23,906 nt of DNA. It comes from an uncultured Nitrospiraceae bacterium. GTDB taxonomy: Bacteria; Nitrospirota; Thermodesulfovibrionia; Thermodesulfovibrionales; Dissulfurispiraceae. Below the pieces are notes generated by a model. That model was not told the DNA's origin. It saw only the letters and a program-made list of their open reading frames with translations, and searched no databases. The stretch spans positions 1 through 23,906 of the forward strand of contig CAMTVO010000064.1 in assembly GCA_947085205.1 (NCBI GenBank), written 5' to 3'. The stretch's first letter is position 1. The number at the start of each line of letters is the position of its first letter. The position numbers and the translations under genes are program-made. Below, one piece after another: positions 16,000 to 23,906 of this stretch.

Positions 16000-16893
16000 A
16001 TGCGAAGAGTATTATACTTTCTTTTAACAAATCTGGCAGTCCTCATTGTTCTCAGCACAACCATGAGGATATTGGGTGTTGAGCCATATCTAACACCATA
16101 TGGACTTAACTACCAATCGCTCCTCGCCTTTGCCACCATTTTCGGCATGGGAGGGGCCTTCATAAGCCTCGCCCTTTCCAAGTGGACAGCAAAGAGGCTT
16201 ACAGGCGCGAGGGTCATTGATTCACCTGCCAATGAAACAGAGGCATGGCTTTTAAGGACTGTATCTGATATGGCAAAAGCCTCAGAAATCGGGATGCCGG
16301 AGGTCGCCATTTACGCTGCAGAGGATATGAATGCCTTTGCTACAGGTATGCGAAGGAATAAGGCGCTGGTGGCTGTTTCAAACGGTCTTTTAAGACGGAT
16401 GGATAGAAATGAGATAAAGGCGGTCCTTGCCCACGAGGTATCGCATGTTGCAAATGGGGACATGGTAATCCTGGCACTGATTCAGGGGGTGGTAAACACC
16501 TTTGTGCTTTTCCTCTCAAGGGTCATTGGTCATGTCGTAGATAAGGTTGTATTCAAAACAAGGGAAGGTCATGGTCCTGCCTTCTGGATTACAACCATAA
16601 TCGCTGAGCTCATTATTGCCGTTCTGGCATCCATTGTTGTCTTTTATTTCTCAAGAAAAAGGGAATATAGGGCAGACAGCGGAGCAGCAGGACTTGTCGG
16701 GAAGAAGCCGATGATTGATGCCCTTGAGGCATTGAAGGCGTCTATAAGACAGCCCCATCTCCCTGATAAGATTGCCGCCTTCGGTATTTCAGGCGCCAAA
16801 AGACGCGGTATAGCAGCACTCTTTGCAACACATCCTGACCTTGATGATAGAATCAAGGCACTTGAGTCCCTGCCATATCCTGAATACAGGTGA
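16000..16893 (+). CDS. htpX: Membrane zinc metalloprotease HtpX
   Basis: NAFATG, AHEVSHVANGDMV (HExxH), FSRKREYRAD, FATHP. Confidence 0.95.
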   Translation: MRRVLYFLLTNLAVLIVLSTTMRILGVEPYLTPYGLNYQSLLAFATIFGMGGAFISLALSKWTAKRLTGARVIDSPANETEAWLLRTVSDMAKASEIGMPEVAIYAAEDMNAFATGMRRNKALVAVSNGLLRRMDRNEIKAVLAHEVSHVANGDMVILALIQGVVNTFVLFLSRVIGHVVDKVVFKTREGHGPAFWITTIIAELIIAVLASIVVFYFSRKREYRADSGAAGLVGKKPMIDALEALKASIRQPHLPDKIAAFGISGAKRRGIAALFATHPDLDDRIKALESLPYPEYR

Positions 16894-16988
16894 TTCGGTG
16901 CATGGAGGGGTAATACAAGGTCTCAAAGATTTTAAGATTTTTGTTAAAATAAAAATGAAATTTATTTGATAGCATCAGGGAGGCTGCA

Positions 16989-17534
16989 TTGAAAAGACTT
17001 GCCGGATATTTCTTTAAAGGTCTGATTTTTATAGTTCCAGTTACAGTAACAATATATGTTTTTTATCTCATATTTACAAAGATAGATAGACTTCTCGAAC
17101 TTGCAATCCCGGGACTCGGTTTCCTCATTGCCCTTGCCCTCGTTACAGTCGTTGGCTTTTTAGCCTCCAATATTTTTACAAAGAAATTGTTACATTTAAT
17201 AGATAAAATATTCAGTAAATTACCCCTTACAAGGTTGCTATATACAGCGACAAAGGACCTCCTTTCTGCTTTTCTGGGGGATAAAAGGAGTTTTGAAAAA
17301 CCGGTGTTCGTCACACTTATACCAGGAAGCAATGTAAAGGTTATCGGATTCATTACAAAGGAAAGCCTCGATTCATGGGGAGCGTCTGATGCAGTGGCAG
17401 TGTATCTTCCACAATCATACAACTTTGCAGGAAACCTCATCGTGGTTCCCAGATCCCAGGTCACCCTTATTAATGCAAGCAGCAGCGAGGTTATGACATT
17501 CATAGTCTCAGGCGGAATTACAGGCATTAAATAG
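16989..17534 (+). CDS. DUF502 family membrane protein
   Basis: GLIFIVP, KLPLTRLLY, IGFIT, VYLPQSYNFAG, FIVSGG pattern; TTG start with SD GGGAGG. Confidence 0.85.
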   Translation: MKRLAGYFFKGLIFIVPVTVTIYVFYLIFTKIDRLLELAIPGLGFLIALALVTVVGFLASNIFTKKLLHLIDKIFSKLPLTRLLYTATKDLLSAFLGDKRSFEKPVFVTLIPGSNVKVIGFITKESLDSWGASDAVAVYLPQSYNFAGNLIVVPRSQVTLINASSSEVMTFIVSGGITGIK

Positions 17535-17660
17535 AAGTTCTGCGGCGCGAATTAAAATCGCAGCTCATCACCTCCCGCATCTTTCACTATTCTTGCGTAT
17601 TCTTTTAAAAAACAGCGCCTCGCCATAAGCCTCAGCATAAATCATTGTTACTCCCGATAT

Positions 17661-18152
17661 TCATTTGATTCCCAGTTTTGACTGGAGATTTTTGAGATAC
17701 CGAATATGTTTGGCTTCCAGCTCCATCATCTCTTTAAAGACGACCCTCGCACTGGTATCAGCAGCGCCCTTTGAAAACCTCCAGTAGAGATTATACGCCT
17801 TGCCTTCCATCTCCAGAGCCATTGTCAGGGCGCCTCTATCATCCATGAAATTATATTCCTCTACTTTCGCCTCCATGTCTTTTACAGGAATGCCGGACTC
17901 TGTCAGCGGCGACTCTACCCGGTTTTTAAATTCCTCAAATCCGAGCATATCGTAATCTTCCACAATAGACTGGTAAAGAAACTGGATATACTCCATATGT
18001 CGCCCTTCCCATTCTGAGAGTTCCCTGAATGTCTTTTTAGCCTCTGAATTCATTGCCTTCTCCGCAGCATAAGAATAGAACTTCTTTGTCCCCATCTCCA
18101 TGAGATAAGCCTCGATAAGCGCCTGGAGCAAATCCTCTTTCCCTGTTAACAC
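17661..18152 (-). CDS. Ferritin-like / rubrerythrin family protein
   Basis: Duplicated E...ExxH di-iron motifs (MEMG..WEGRH; MEGKAY..LEAKH); GTG start overlaps the SOD stop. Confidence 0.8.
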   Translation of the reverse strand: MLTGKEDLLQALIEAYLMEMGTKKFYSYAAEKAMNSEAKKTFRELSEWEGRHMEYIQFLYQSIVEDYDMLGFEEFKNRVESPLTESGIPVKDMEAKVEEYNFMDDRGALTMALEMEGKAYNLYWRFSKGAADTSARVVFKEMMELEAKHIRYLKNLQSKLGIK

Positions 18153-18730
18153 TATTTGAGCCTCGCCTCTACCGCATTCCAGCTAACGTTCTTAAAGAAA
18201 GCCTCTATGTAATCTGCTCTCTTGAGTCCGTAATCAATCATGAAGGCATGTTCGAACACGTCTATTATCAATATGGGATTGCAGCCTGCCGGGTGTGAGA
18301 CATCATGTTCGTTTATCCAGAAGTTTATGAGCCTCCCGTTAGCTGTATCCTGATAAAGAATGGCCCAGCCAATACCTCTCATTGCGCCCACTGCCTTGAA
18401 GTCTTTTTCCCATGCCTCGTAGCCGCCGAAATCCTCTGCCATCTTCCTTACAAGCTTTCCATCCTTGTTTATTCCGCCTTTTCCTCCGAGATTCTCGAAA
18501 TAGTATTCATGGAGTCTCATTCCATTGAACTCCCATCCCAATCTCCTCTTTAGCTCGGCGAATTCCGGAGCGCCTGTTTTTCCATCCTTCAACATTTGCT
18601 CAAGGGTATCCAATACCTTGTTTGTGTTGGTTACATACCCATGATAGAGGGTAAAATGATTTTTCAAAAGAGTCTCGCTGAATCCCTCCATGCCTATGAG
18701 TTTTGAATAATCCTTTGCTGTGTAAGCCAT
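18152..18730 (-). CDS. Fe/Mn superoxide dismutase (ChrC-like subgroup)
   Basis: NHFTLYHGYV, LHEYYF, MRGIGW, DVFEHAF (metal ligands H, H, D, H). Confidence 0.9.
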   Translation of the reverse strand: MAYTAKDYSKLIGMEGFSETLLKNHFTLYHGYVTNTNKVLDTLEQMLKDGKTGAPEFAELKRRLGWEFNGMRLHEYYFENLGGKGGINKDGKLVRKMAEDFGGYEAWEKDFKAVGAMRGIGWAILYQDTANGRLINFWINEHDVSHPAGCNPILIIDVFEHAFMIDYGLKRADYIEAFFKNVSWNAVEARLK

Positions 18731-18776
18731 GATTACCTCCTAATTTTTATGATTTAGTTTTAAAGAGCATCATTCT

Positions 18777-19406
18777 TTAGTAAGAACCGTATCTCACAAA
18801 TTCACTGATGCCCCTCCTGAATGCCCTCGGAAGAAGCGTTGCGCCTGATTTAAGATAGCCGACAGCTATGAGCATGGGTATTATCTTGTCATCAGGTATG
18901 TTGAATTCCCTTTTTATGCAATCCTCATCAAATCCATCCATTGGATGTGTCTCAAGACCAAGACCTTTTGCTGCAATCATGAGGTTCATAGCAAACAGTG
19001 ATGTGTTTTTTACGGCAAATATCTTTCTTTTTAGACTGTCCGTTGCACCGTAAAGATTATTAGCCATGCCTTTATATGTCTCTCTCATCTCAGGCTTCAT
19101 ATATCCCAGTTGCTGCCAGCTATCAAGCATCCTGTCCATGTTTTCTTCCATTGCCATTGGGTCGGCAACCATAATCAATACAGCAGATGCCTCCTCAACC
19201 TTTGGCTGATTAAAGGCGCACTGCCTTAAAACCTTTTTCCTTTCAATGTCCTTTATTACCACAACCTTCCACGGCTGGAGATTAAAAGACGATGGCGCGA
19301 GATTGACTATTTCGAGCAGTTCTTTCAGTTTATCTTCAGGTATCTCTTTTCCCGGTTCAAAGAAATTTATTGAACGTCTCTCTTTTATCGCCTGTATAAT
19401 GTCCAT
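18777..19406 (-). CDS. Nitroreductase family flavoprotein
   Basis: ERRS, APSSFNLQPW, NQPKV, THPMDGFD. Confidence 0.92.
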   Translation of the reverse strand: MDIIQAIKERRSINFFEPGKEIPEDKLKELLEIVNLAPSSFNLQPWKVVVIKDIERKKVLRQCAFNQPKVEEASAVLIMVADPMAMEENMDRMLDSWQQLGYMKPEMRETYKGMANNLYGATDSLKRKIFAVKNTSLFAMNLMIAAKGLGLETHPMDGFDEDCIKREFNIPDDKIIPMLIAVGYLKSGATLLPRAFRRGISEFVRYGSY

Positions 19407-19419
19407 GTTTGACCTCCTG

Positions 19420-19704
19420 TTATATGCCTGTTATTTCCTTAACCTCTTTTTCCCCCTCTTCAAGTTCCTTTTTCTGCTCTTTGTCCAGATTTAAAAGCAA
19501 AGCCTGGAATTCCCCAACATGCGTCTTCTCTTCCTTTGCTATGTCCAGAAGTATCTTTCTTATATTCTCATCTGTAGTCAGGGCTGCCATCTGCTCATAA
19601 AGGTTTATGGCATCGAGCTCTGCTATTATCCCAGCCCTGAGTATCTCCTTGTCGATGTCCTCTTTTTTAATTTTTTCAAGATTGATGGGTATTTTTGAAA
19701 GCAT
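19420..19704 (-). CDS. Encapsulin-associated-type ferritin-like protein (Flp/EncFtn family, 94 aa)
   Basis: LRAGIIAELDAINLYEQ...IAKEEKTHVGEF...LDKEQ; SD AAGGAG supports ATG 19704 rather than the track's 19764. Confidence 0.85.
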   Translation of the reverse strand: MLSKIPINLEKIKKEDIDKEILRAGIIAELDAINLYEQMAALTTDENIRKILLDIAKEEKTHVGEFQALLLNLDKEQKKELEEGEKEVKEITGI

Positions 19705-19816
19705 GTCTTTCTCCTTTTTTACAAGTATTTCTCTAAATTTTATCACTTTTGAAGATAAAATCAATCAAAAAATTTTTATATTCCGATTGGCTTTCCAAAT
19801 CTAACTTGGCAATTGA

Positions 19817-19841
19817 TAGTTTTGATGTTATATTGAAACTA
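19817..19841. promoter_or_regulatory. Imperfect palindrome in the divergent promoter region
   Basis: TAGTTTTGAT-GTTAT-ATTGAAACTA; arms match at 8 of 10 positions. Confidence 0.35.
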
Positions 19842-19898
19842 ATTTCTGCTTTTTCGTGATATGATAAAAGCAGAAATTTTTGATTTTGGGGTGTATAC

Positions 19899-21044
19899 AT
19901 GATACCTGCTTCATATAACAAACTGCTTGCATTCAAAGAAAAACTCGGACTTGATGAAATGGAACTGGAAAAATTAGAACCGTTCAGGGAAATATTCATA
20001 AGTAAAAAAGACGAGTTTTCTGATTACTTTTATAAGTTTTTTCTAAATATACCAGAAACAAAAAAATTCTTAGAACATTATGAAACCCCGGGTTTTCTTA
20101 AAAAGGCATGGGCTAACTGGTTTGAATCCCTCTTCAGCGGAAGACTTGATGACAAGTATTTAAGTTATCTTTGGAAAATTGGTGTAAGGCATGTGGAGGT
20201 TAACCTTGACCAGAGGTTTTCAAATCTCGGATTTTCTGTAGCAAGACAGTTCTGCCAGCAAATCATATTATCAGAGATTCCTCCTCATAAAATAGGTTCA
20301 GTTTCACAAAGCGTTGATAAATTGCTTGATTTTTGTTTATTGGTAGAAACAGACGCTTATATTGAAGCTACTGTTAGGTGTGATATGGAGGTAATTAAAG
20401 GTATTGCTGACAGAATTAGAAACCGTGTAACTGTTATCGGTGGGAATATAAAAAGGCTACAGAGGAAGATCGACATTAATGACCCGTCATATAATACCTA
20501 TGAATCTCTAATCTCAGAAAGCTCTTCCTTAGAGCATATGATAATTGACCTTAGAACCTATATTGATATGTCTCAACAAGAACCAGAAATCAGCAAGATT
20601 TTATTAAAAGAATTAATAGGCAGCGCCCTTGAAAGATTACAGGTCAAAGAGAGATTGAAAGATATTCAAATGGATGTTCACCTCTATCCCGATGAAATCA
20701 TGGTTTTAGGGGATAAAGGAGACCTTGAAAATATATTTTATTATCTTCTCCAGAATAGCATAGAGGCAGTTGACCCGAAAAATCCGTATATAAAAGTCTC
20801 CGCAACTCTTGATGTCACGCTGCCTCATCGTGTTCATATAGAGGTATTCAACACAGGCACACCTCCTAAAATTGAAGACATGGTAAGACTATTTTCACCG
20901 TTTTTTTCTACAAAACCCCTCGGAACAGGTTTGGGGCTTGCTATTGCAAGACTGGCAGCGAGAAAAAACTACGGGAAATTGTTCATAGAGCCTATTCAGG
21001 GACAGGGGACAAAAGCTGTTATAACCCTTCCTATTGCCGAATAA
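19899..21044 (+). CDS. Protoglobin (globin-coupled sensor) fused to a degenerate HisKA/HATPase_c module
   Basis: Globin FY..F...PET..FL and KIGVRH (His98). H-box reads GIADRIRNR; N-box LLQNSIEA; G1 FNTGTP; F/G2 FSPFFSTKPLGTGLGLAI. Confidence 0.85.
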   Translation: MIPASYNKLLAFKEKLGLDEMELEKLEPFREIFISKKDEFSDYFYKFFLNIPETKKFLEHYETPGFLKKAWANWFESLFSGRLDDKYLSYLWKIGVRHVEVNLDQRFSNLGFSVARQFCQQIILSEIPPHKIGSVSQSVDKLLDFCLLVETDAYIEATVRCDMEVIKGIADRIRNRVTVIGGNIKRLQRKIDINDPSYNTYESLISESSSLEHMIIDLRTYIDMSQQEPEISKILLKELIGSALERLQVKERLKDIQMDVHLYPDEIMVLGDKGDLENIFYYLLQNSIEAVDPKNPYIKVSATLDVTLPHRVHIEVFNTGTPPKIEDMVRLFSPFFSTKPLGTGLGLAIARLAARKNYGKLFIEPIQGQGTKAVITLPIAE

Positions 21045-21048
21045 AGAC

Positions 21049-21087
21049 GGGGGGGCGCTTGACAATCTCCTTTTTTTTATTTAAGGT
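21049..21087 (+). promoter_or_regulatory. Weak terminator-like hairpin overlapping a candidate sigma70 promoter
   Basis: G-run/TCTCC stem followed by T8; TTGACA (21059-21064)-N17-TAAGGT (21082-21087). Confidence 0.4.
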
Positions 21088-21167
21088 GTAGTTGTAATAA
21101 ATAAAAAAGGCAAAACCTTGTTTTCAAGGATTTAAAAGTCTTTTAAACTGCGGCTCAACCGAATAAA

Positions 21168-21266
21168 AATGGAAAGGATGCTTCTTTTGAGCAGGAATGT
21201 ATTGGCTGTCATACACCTGCAAAACATAATGATTATGTTTTTACGCACCCAGCTATCGTGCCATAG
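21168..21266 (+). pseudogene. C-terminal remnant of a cytochrome P460/c'-beta family gene
   Basis: Frame reads NGKDASFEQECIGCHTPAKHNDYVFTHPAIVP*: terminal CxxCH plus DYVF. In-frame stop at 21144 and no start codon upstream of the motif. Confidence 0.75.
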
Positions 21267-21449
21267 TCTAATCTAATGGTATTTGGCTGGGGACATGAGA
21301 AGCAGTCTGTATATATTTAAGGCTGTTCAATAACTAAGGGAGTTTTAGAATATCATTGCGGTAAGCAAAAATTTAACGCTTTTGCGGAGCCTTGATTTTC
21401 AAGGGATTGTGAGTTTTTGAACAGACTAATTAAAGATTTGAGGGGGGAC

Positions 21450-22646
21450 ATGAAAACAGATGAATTATCAAGAAGGTCATTCATCAAAAAGGCAGGTCAA
21501 CTGGGCGCTGCCCTGGCGCTGAGCAAAGGAATTTTTGCAAAAAATGCCACTGCCCAGGCACAGGAAAAACCTGCTGAAAAACCGGTTTTTGAAGGGAAGG
21601 AGAAAATGATAGTCCTTTCTTCAAAGCCGATCACTCTGGAAATGCCGCTGGAGGGCTTTGAGCATTTTATAACCCCGACAGAGTTTTTCTTTGTGAGGAA
21701 TAACATAGGCATGCCGGTGACAGACATCGGAAAGTGGAACCTCATGATTAATGGAGAGGTCAGGAGTCCCCTCCGTCTCACCATGAGCGATATCAGGAAG
21801 TTCGAAGAGGTGGAGACCCTCGTTACTCTTGAGTGCTATGGCAACAGCAGAGGCTTTTTTGAGCCAAAGGCCTCAGGAAACCAATGGAAAAAAGGAGGAA
21901 TAGGCACAGCGAGATGGAAAGGCATCAGGCTGAAAGATGTCATTGAGAAAGCGAATATAACGGATAAGGCAAAACATGTGGTTTTTGACGGCGCCGATGA
22001 ACCTTTTGTGCCAACTGCCCCGGACTTTAAAAGGAGCATCCCCATAGAAAAGGCAATGGGTCCAGAAACGCTCCTTGTATATGAGATGAATGGAGCGCCC
22101 CTTCCAGTGTATCATGGCTACCCACTTCGTGTTCTGGTTCCTGGCTGGGGCGGGTCATGTTCGGTAAAATGGCTTGTCAACATACAAGTAGCGGAAAAGG
22201 AATTTGACGGCTTATATATGGTGGATAAATATCGCACCCCTATAAATCCCGTTAAGCCAGGAACTAAAGTTCTCCCAAAGGATATGGCAGTTCTGACTGA
22301 CCTGGATGTGAGATCAATTATTTTCAGTCCATCAGATGGAGCAAAGATATCAACCGAAGAAGTCCTGATAAAAGGATATGCATGGACGGGTGATGCCGAG
22401 ATAGAGAGGGTAGATGTCTCTACGGATTCTGGGAAAACATGGCAAAAGGCGAAGATTGTGAAAAAGGGCGGACGCTATGTGTGGAGTCTCTGGGAATATA
22501 AGTGGAAGGCACAGAAACAGGGATCATATCTTCTCATGTGCAGGGCAACTGACAGTAAGGGGAGGTCACAGCCCATATCTGCAAACTGGAATCAAGATGG
22601 ATACCTTTACAATGCTGTGGACAAGGTGTGGGTCGATGTTGGATAA
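21450..22646 (+). CDS. Tat-exported sulfite oxidase family molybdoenzyme (SorA/SoxC-like)
   Basis: SRRSFIK twin-arginine signal, FFVRN, Mo-ligand LECYGNSR, HGYPLRVLVPGW, SVKWL, C-terminal dimerisation domain. SD GAGGGGG supports ATG 21450. Confidence 0.9.
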   Translation: MKTDELSRRSFIKKAGQLGAALALSKGIFAKNATAQAQEKPAEKPVFEGKEKMIVLSSKPITLEMPLEGFEHFITPTEFFFVRNNIGMPVTDIGKWNLMINGEVRSPLRLTMSDIRKFEEVETLVTLECYGNSRGFFEPKASGNQWKKGGIGTARWKGIRLKDVIEKANITDKAKHVVFDGADEPFVPTAPDFKRSIPIEKAMGPETLLVYEMNGAPLPVYHGYPLRVLVPGWGGSCSVKWLVNIQVAEKEFDGLYMVDKYRTPINPVKPGTKVLPKDMAVLTDLDVRSIIFSPSDGAKISTEEVLIKGYAWTGDAEIERVDVSTDSGKTWQKAKIVKKGGRYVWSLWEYKWKAQKQGSYLLMCRATDSKGRSQPISANWNQDGYLYNAVDKVWVDVG

Positions 22647-22923
22647 AGGTATTTGGCTCTTAGCGGCTGCAATTCTTTTTATGCCTGTCATGATACAGGA
22701 GTCCGGCGCGCAGCAGGAACAAAAAGACCTTACACAACCTCAGCAGCTATTCGAAACAAAGTGCAGTCAGTGCCATTCACTGGATTTACCGAGGTCTAAT
22801 AGGTCTGACCGCAAGGGATGGGAAGAAACAGTAGGAAGAATGAGGGTTTCCTATGGCTGTAAATTAACGAATGCAGAAGCAGAGATAATAGTGGATTACC
22901 TGACAAGGGAATACGGCAAGTAA
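22636..22923 (+). CDS. Small periplasmic monoheme cytochrome c (SorB-like)
   Basis: Start overlaps the end of the Mo-enzyme gene; signal peptide, CSQCHS, WEETVGRM (Met ligand), IIVDYL. Confidence 0.8.
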   Translation: MLDKGIWLLAAAILFMPVMIQESGAQQEQKDLTQPQQLFETKCSQCHSLDLPRSNRSDRKGWEETVGRMRVSYGCKLTNAEAEIIVDYLTREYGK

Positions 22924-22973
22924 CATTCTCTGCGGACTCACTTAATGGCAAGTTGAAGAAAGGGGTTGATTGC

Positions 22974-23906
22974 TTGAAATTAAAAAAGCCTTTTAGAATT
23001 TTGATTCCCATTTTATTTCTGATACCCCTTTTTGCTGTAGCACCGGTACTGAATGCCGAAACGGTCGAATATAACCTTACAATCGGATATAAGATGGTCA
23101 ACTATACAGGTCGTGAGGTTCGCGCCATGGCAATCAACGGCTCGATTCCCGGACCCACGCTGCGTTTCAAAGAGGGCGATTTCGCTCGCATCCGCGTCCA
23201 CAATGAGATGGACGAGGAAACCTCTATCCACTGGCATGGATTGCTGTTACCGAACAGGCAGGATGGAGTGCCTTACCTCACTACACCGCCTATCATGCCG
23301 GGAACAACCCACACATTTGAATTCCCGCTCATCCATTCCGGCACCTACTGGTATCATTCCCACACCGGGCTTCAGGAGCAGGCAGGCGTCTATGGTTCAA
23401 TCGTTATAAAGCCAAAAGAGCAAAACATCAGGATGGATAAAGAATATGTCATTGTGCTTTCTGACTGGACAGATGAAAACCCTGATGAGGTGCTGCGAAC
23501 ACTTAAGAGGGGAAGCGAATACTACGCTTTCAAGAGAGGGTCAATTCAGAGCCTGTTGGGTGCGATTAAAGCCGATGCTCTCGGTGATATGTTCAGTCGT
23601 TCACTGATGCGCATGCCGCCGATGGACATCTCAGATGTTGCTTATGACAGGTTCCTTATCAATGGAAAGGAAGAAACAACACTTGATGCAAAGCCAGGTG
23701 AAACAATAAAGTTGCGAATCATCAATGCCTCAGCTTCTACTTATTACTATTTACAATTTGCAGGCGGTCATATGGAGATAGTGTCTGCCGATGGCGTAGA
23801 TGTCCAGCCTGTAAAGCTTGATAGGTTTCTTATAGCTATTGCAGAAACTTACGATGTGCTTGTGAATGTCCCGCAAAATGGGGTGTACGAGTTTAGGGCT
23901 ACGGCT
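22974..23906 (+). CDS. Multicopper oxidase (CopA/PcoA-like), partial; runs off the window end
   Basis: Manual translation from TTG 22974 (SD AAGGGG): signal peptide, AINGSIPGPTLRF, TSIHWHG, GTYWYHSH, VLSDWTDE, LRIINASAST. Confidence 0.92.
   Translation, partial: MKLKKPFRILIPILFLIPLFAVAPVLNAETVEYNLTIGYKMVNYTGREVRAMAINGSIPGPTLRFKEGDFARIRVHNEMDEETSIHWHGLLLPNRQDGVPYLTTPPIMPGTTHTFEFPLIHSGTYWYHSHTGLQEQAGVYGSIVIKPKEQNIRMDKEYVIVLSDWTDENPDEVLRTLKRGSEYYAFKRGSIQSLLGAIKADALGDMFSRSLMRMPPMDISDVAYDRFLINGKEETTLDAKPGETIKLRIINASASTYYYLQFAGGHMEIVSADGVDVQPVKLDRFLIAIAETYDVLVNVPQNGVYEFRATA

Noticed and set aside
17568..17645. Small minus-strand ORF MIYAEAYGEALFFKRIRKNSERCGR with a GGGAG SD after the rubrerythrin-like gene
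   Set aside because: Only 25 aa with no recognisable homology; could be a decayed gene start but cannot be supported.
21045..21449. Moco riboswitch upstream of the molybdoenzyme
   Set aside because: No recognisable conserved structure, and part of the spacer is explained by the P460 remnant. An Rfam scan would settle it.
23053..23409. 118-aa ORF in the track and other short overlapping ORFs across the window
   Set aside because: Alternative-frame or antisense overlaps of well-supported genes (here the multicopper oxidase).
1..23906. CRISPR array, rRNA or IS element
   Set aside because: No regularly spaced 25-40 bp repeats, rRNA-like sequence or transposase motifs were seen.

Overview
Chromosomal window from an anaerobic or microaerobic bacterium. 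Gene content suggests Nitrospirota/Thermodesulfovibrionia or a related lineage (inference, not shown by the sequence). Left to right: the start of a Wood-Ljungdahl cluster on the minus strand (acsC partial, acsD, acsE, cooC/acsF) with a HAD phosphatase; mtnP-apt; a polA split into two ORFs; a Rho_N/histone-H1-like/DUF4912 protein; tRNA-Leu(TAG); a small RHH + orphan operon with palindromic operators; a 2-oxoacid:ferredoxin oxidoreductase (alpha, beta); a ZIP transporter; a TsdA/SoxA-like monoheme cytochrome; htpX; DUF502; an oxidative-stress cluster (encapsulin-type ferritin, nitroreductase, SOD, rubrerythrin-like); a divergent globin-coupled kinase lacking its phospho-His; a cytochrome P460 remnant; a SorAB-like sulfite dehydrogenase; and a partial multicopper oxidase. 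The most striking feature is polA. A ~1.9 kb insert splits it into a 5'-3' exonuclease ORF and a Klenow-like ORF. The insert holds a frameshifted HTH-m4C methyltransferase and a possible restriction-enzyme remnant. Both polA halves keep their catalytic motifs and each has its own extended -10 leaderless promoter signature. The Klenow half begins with a beta-clamp-like motif (QFSLF).
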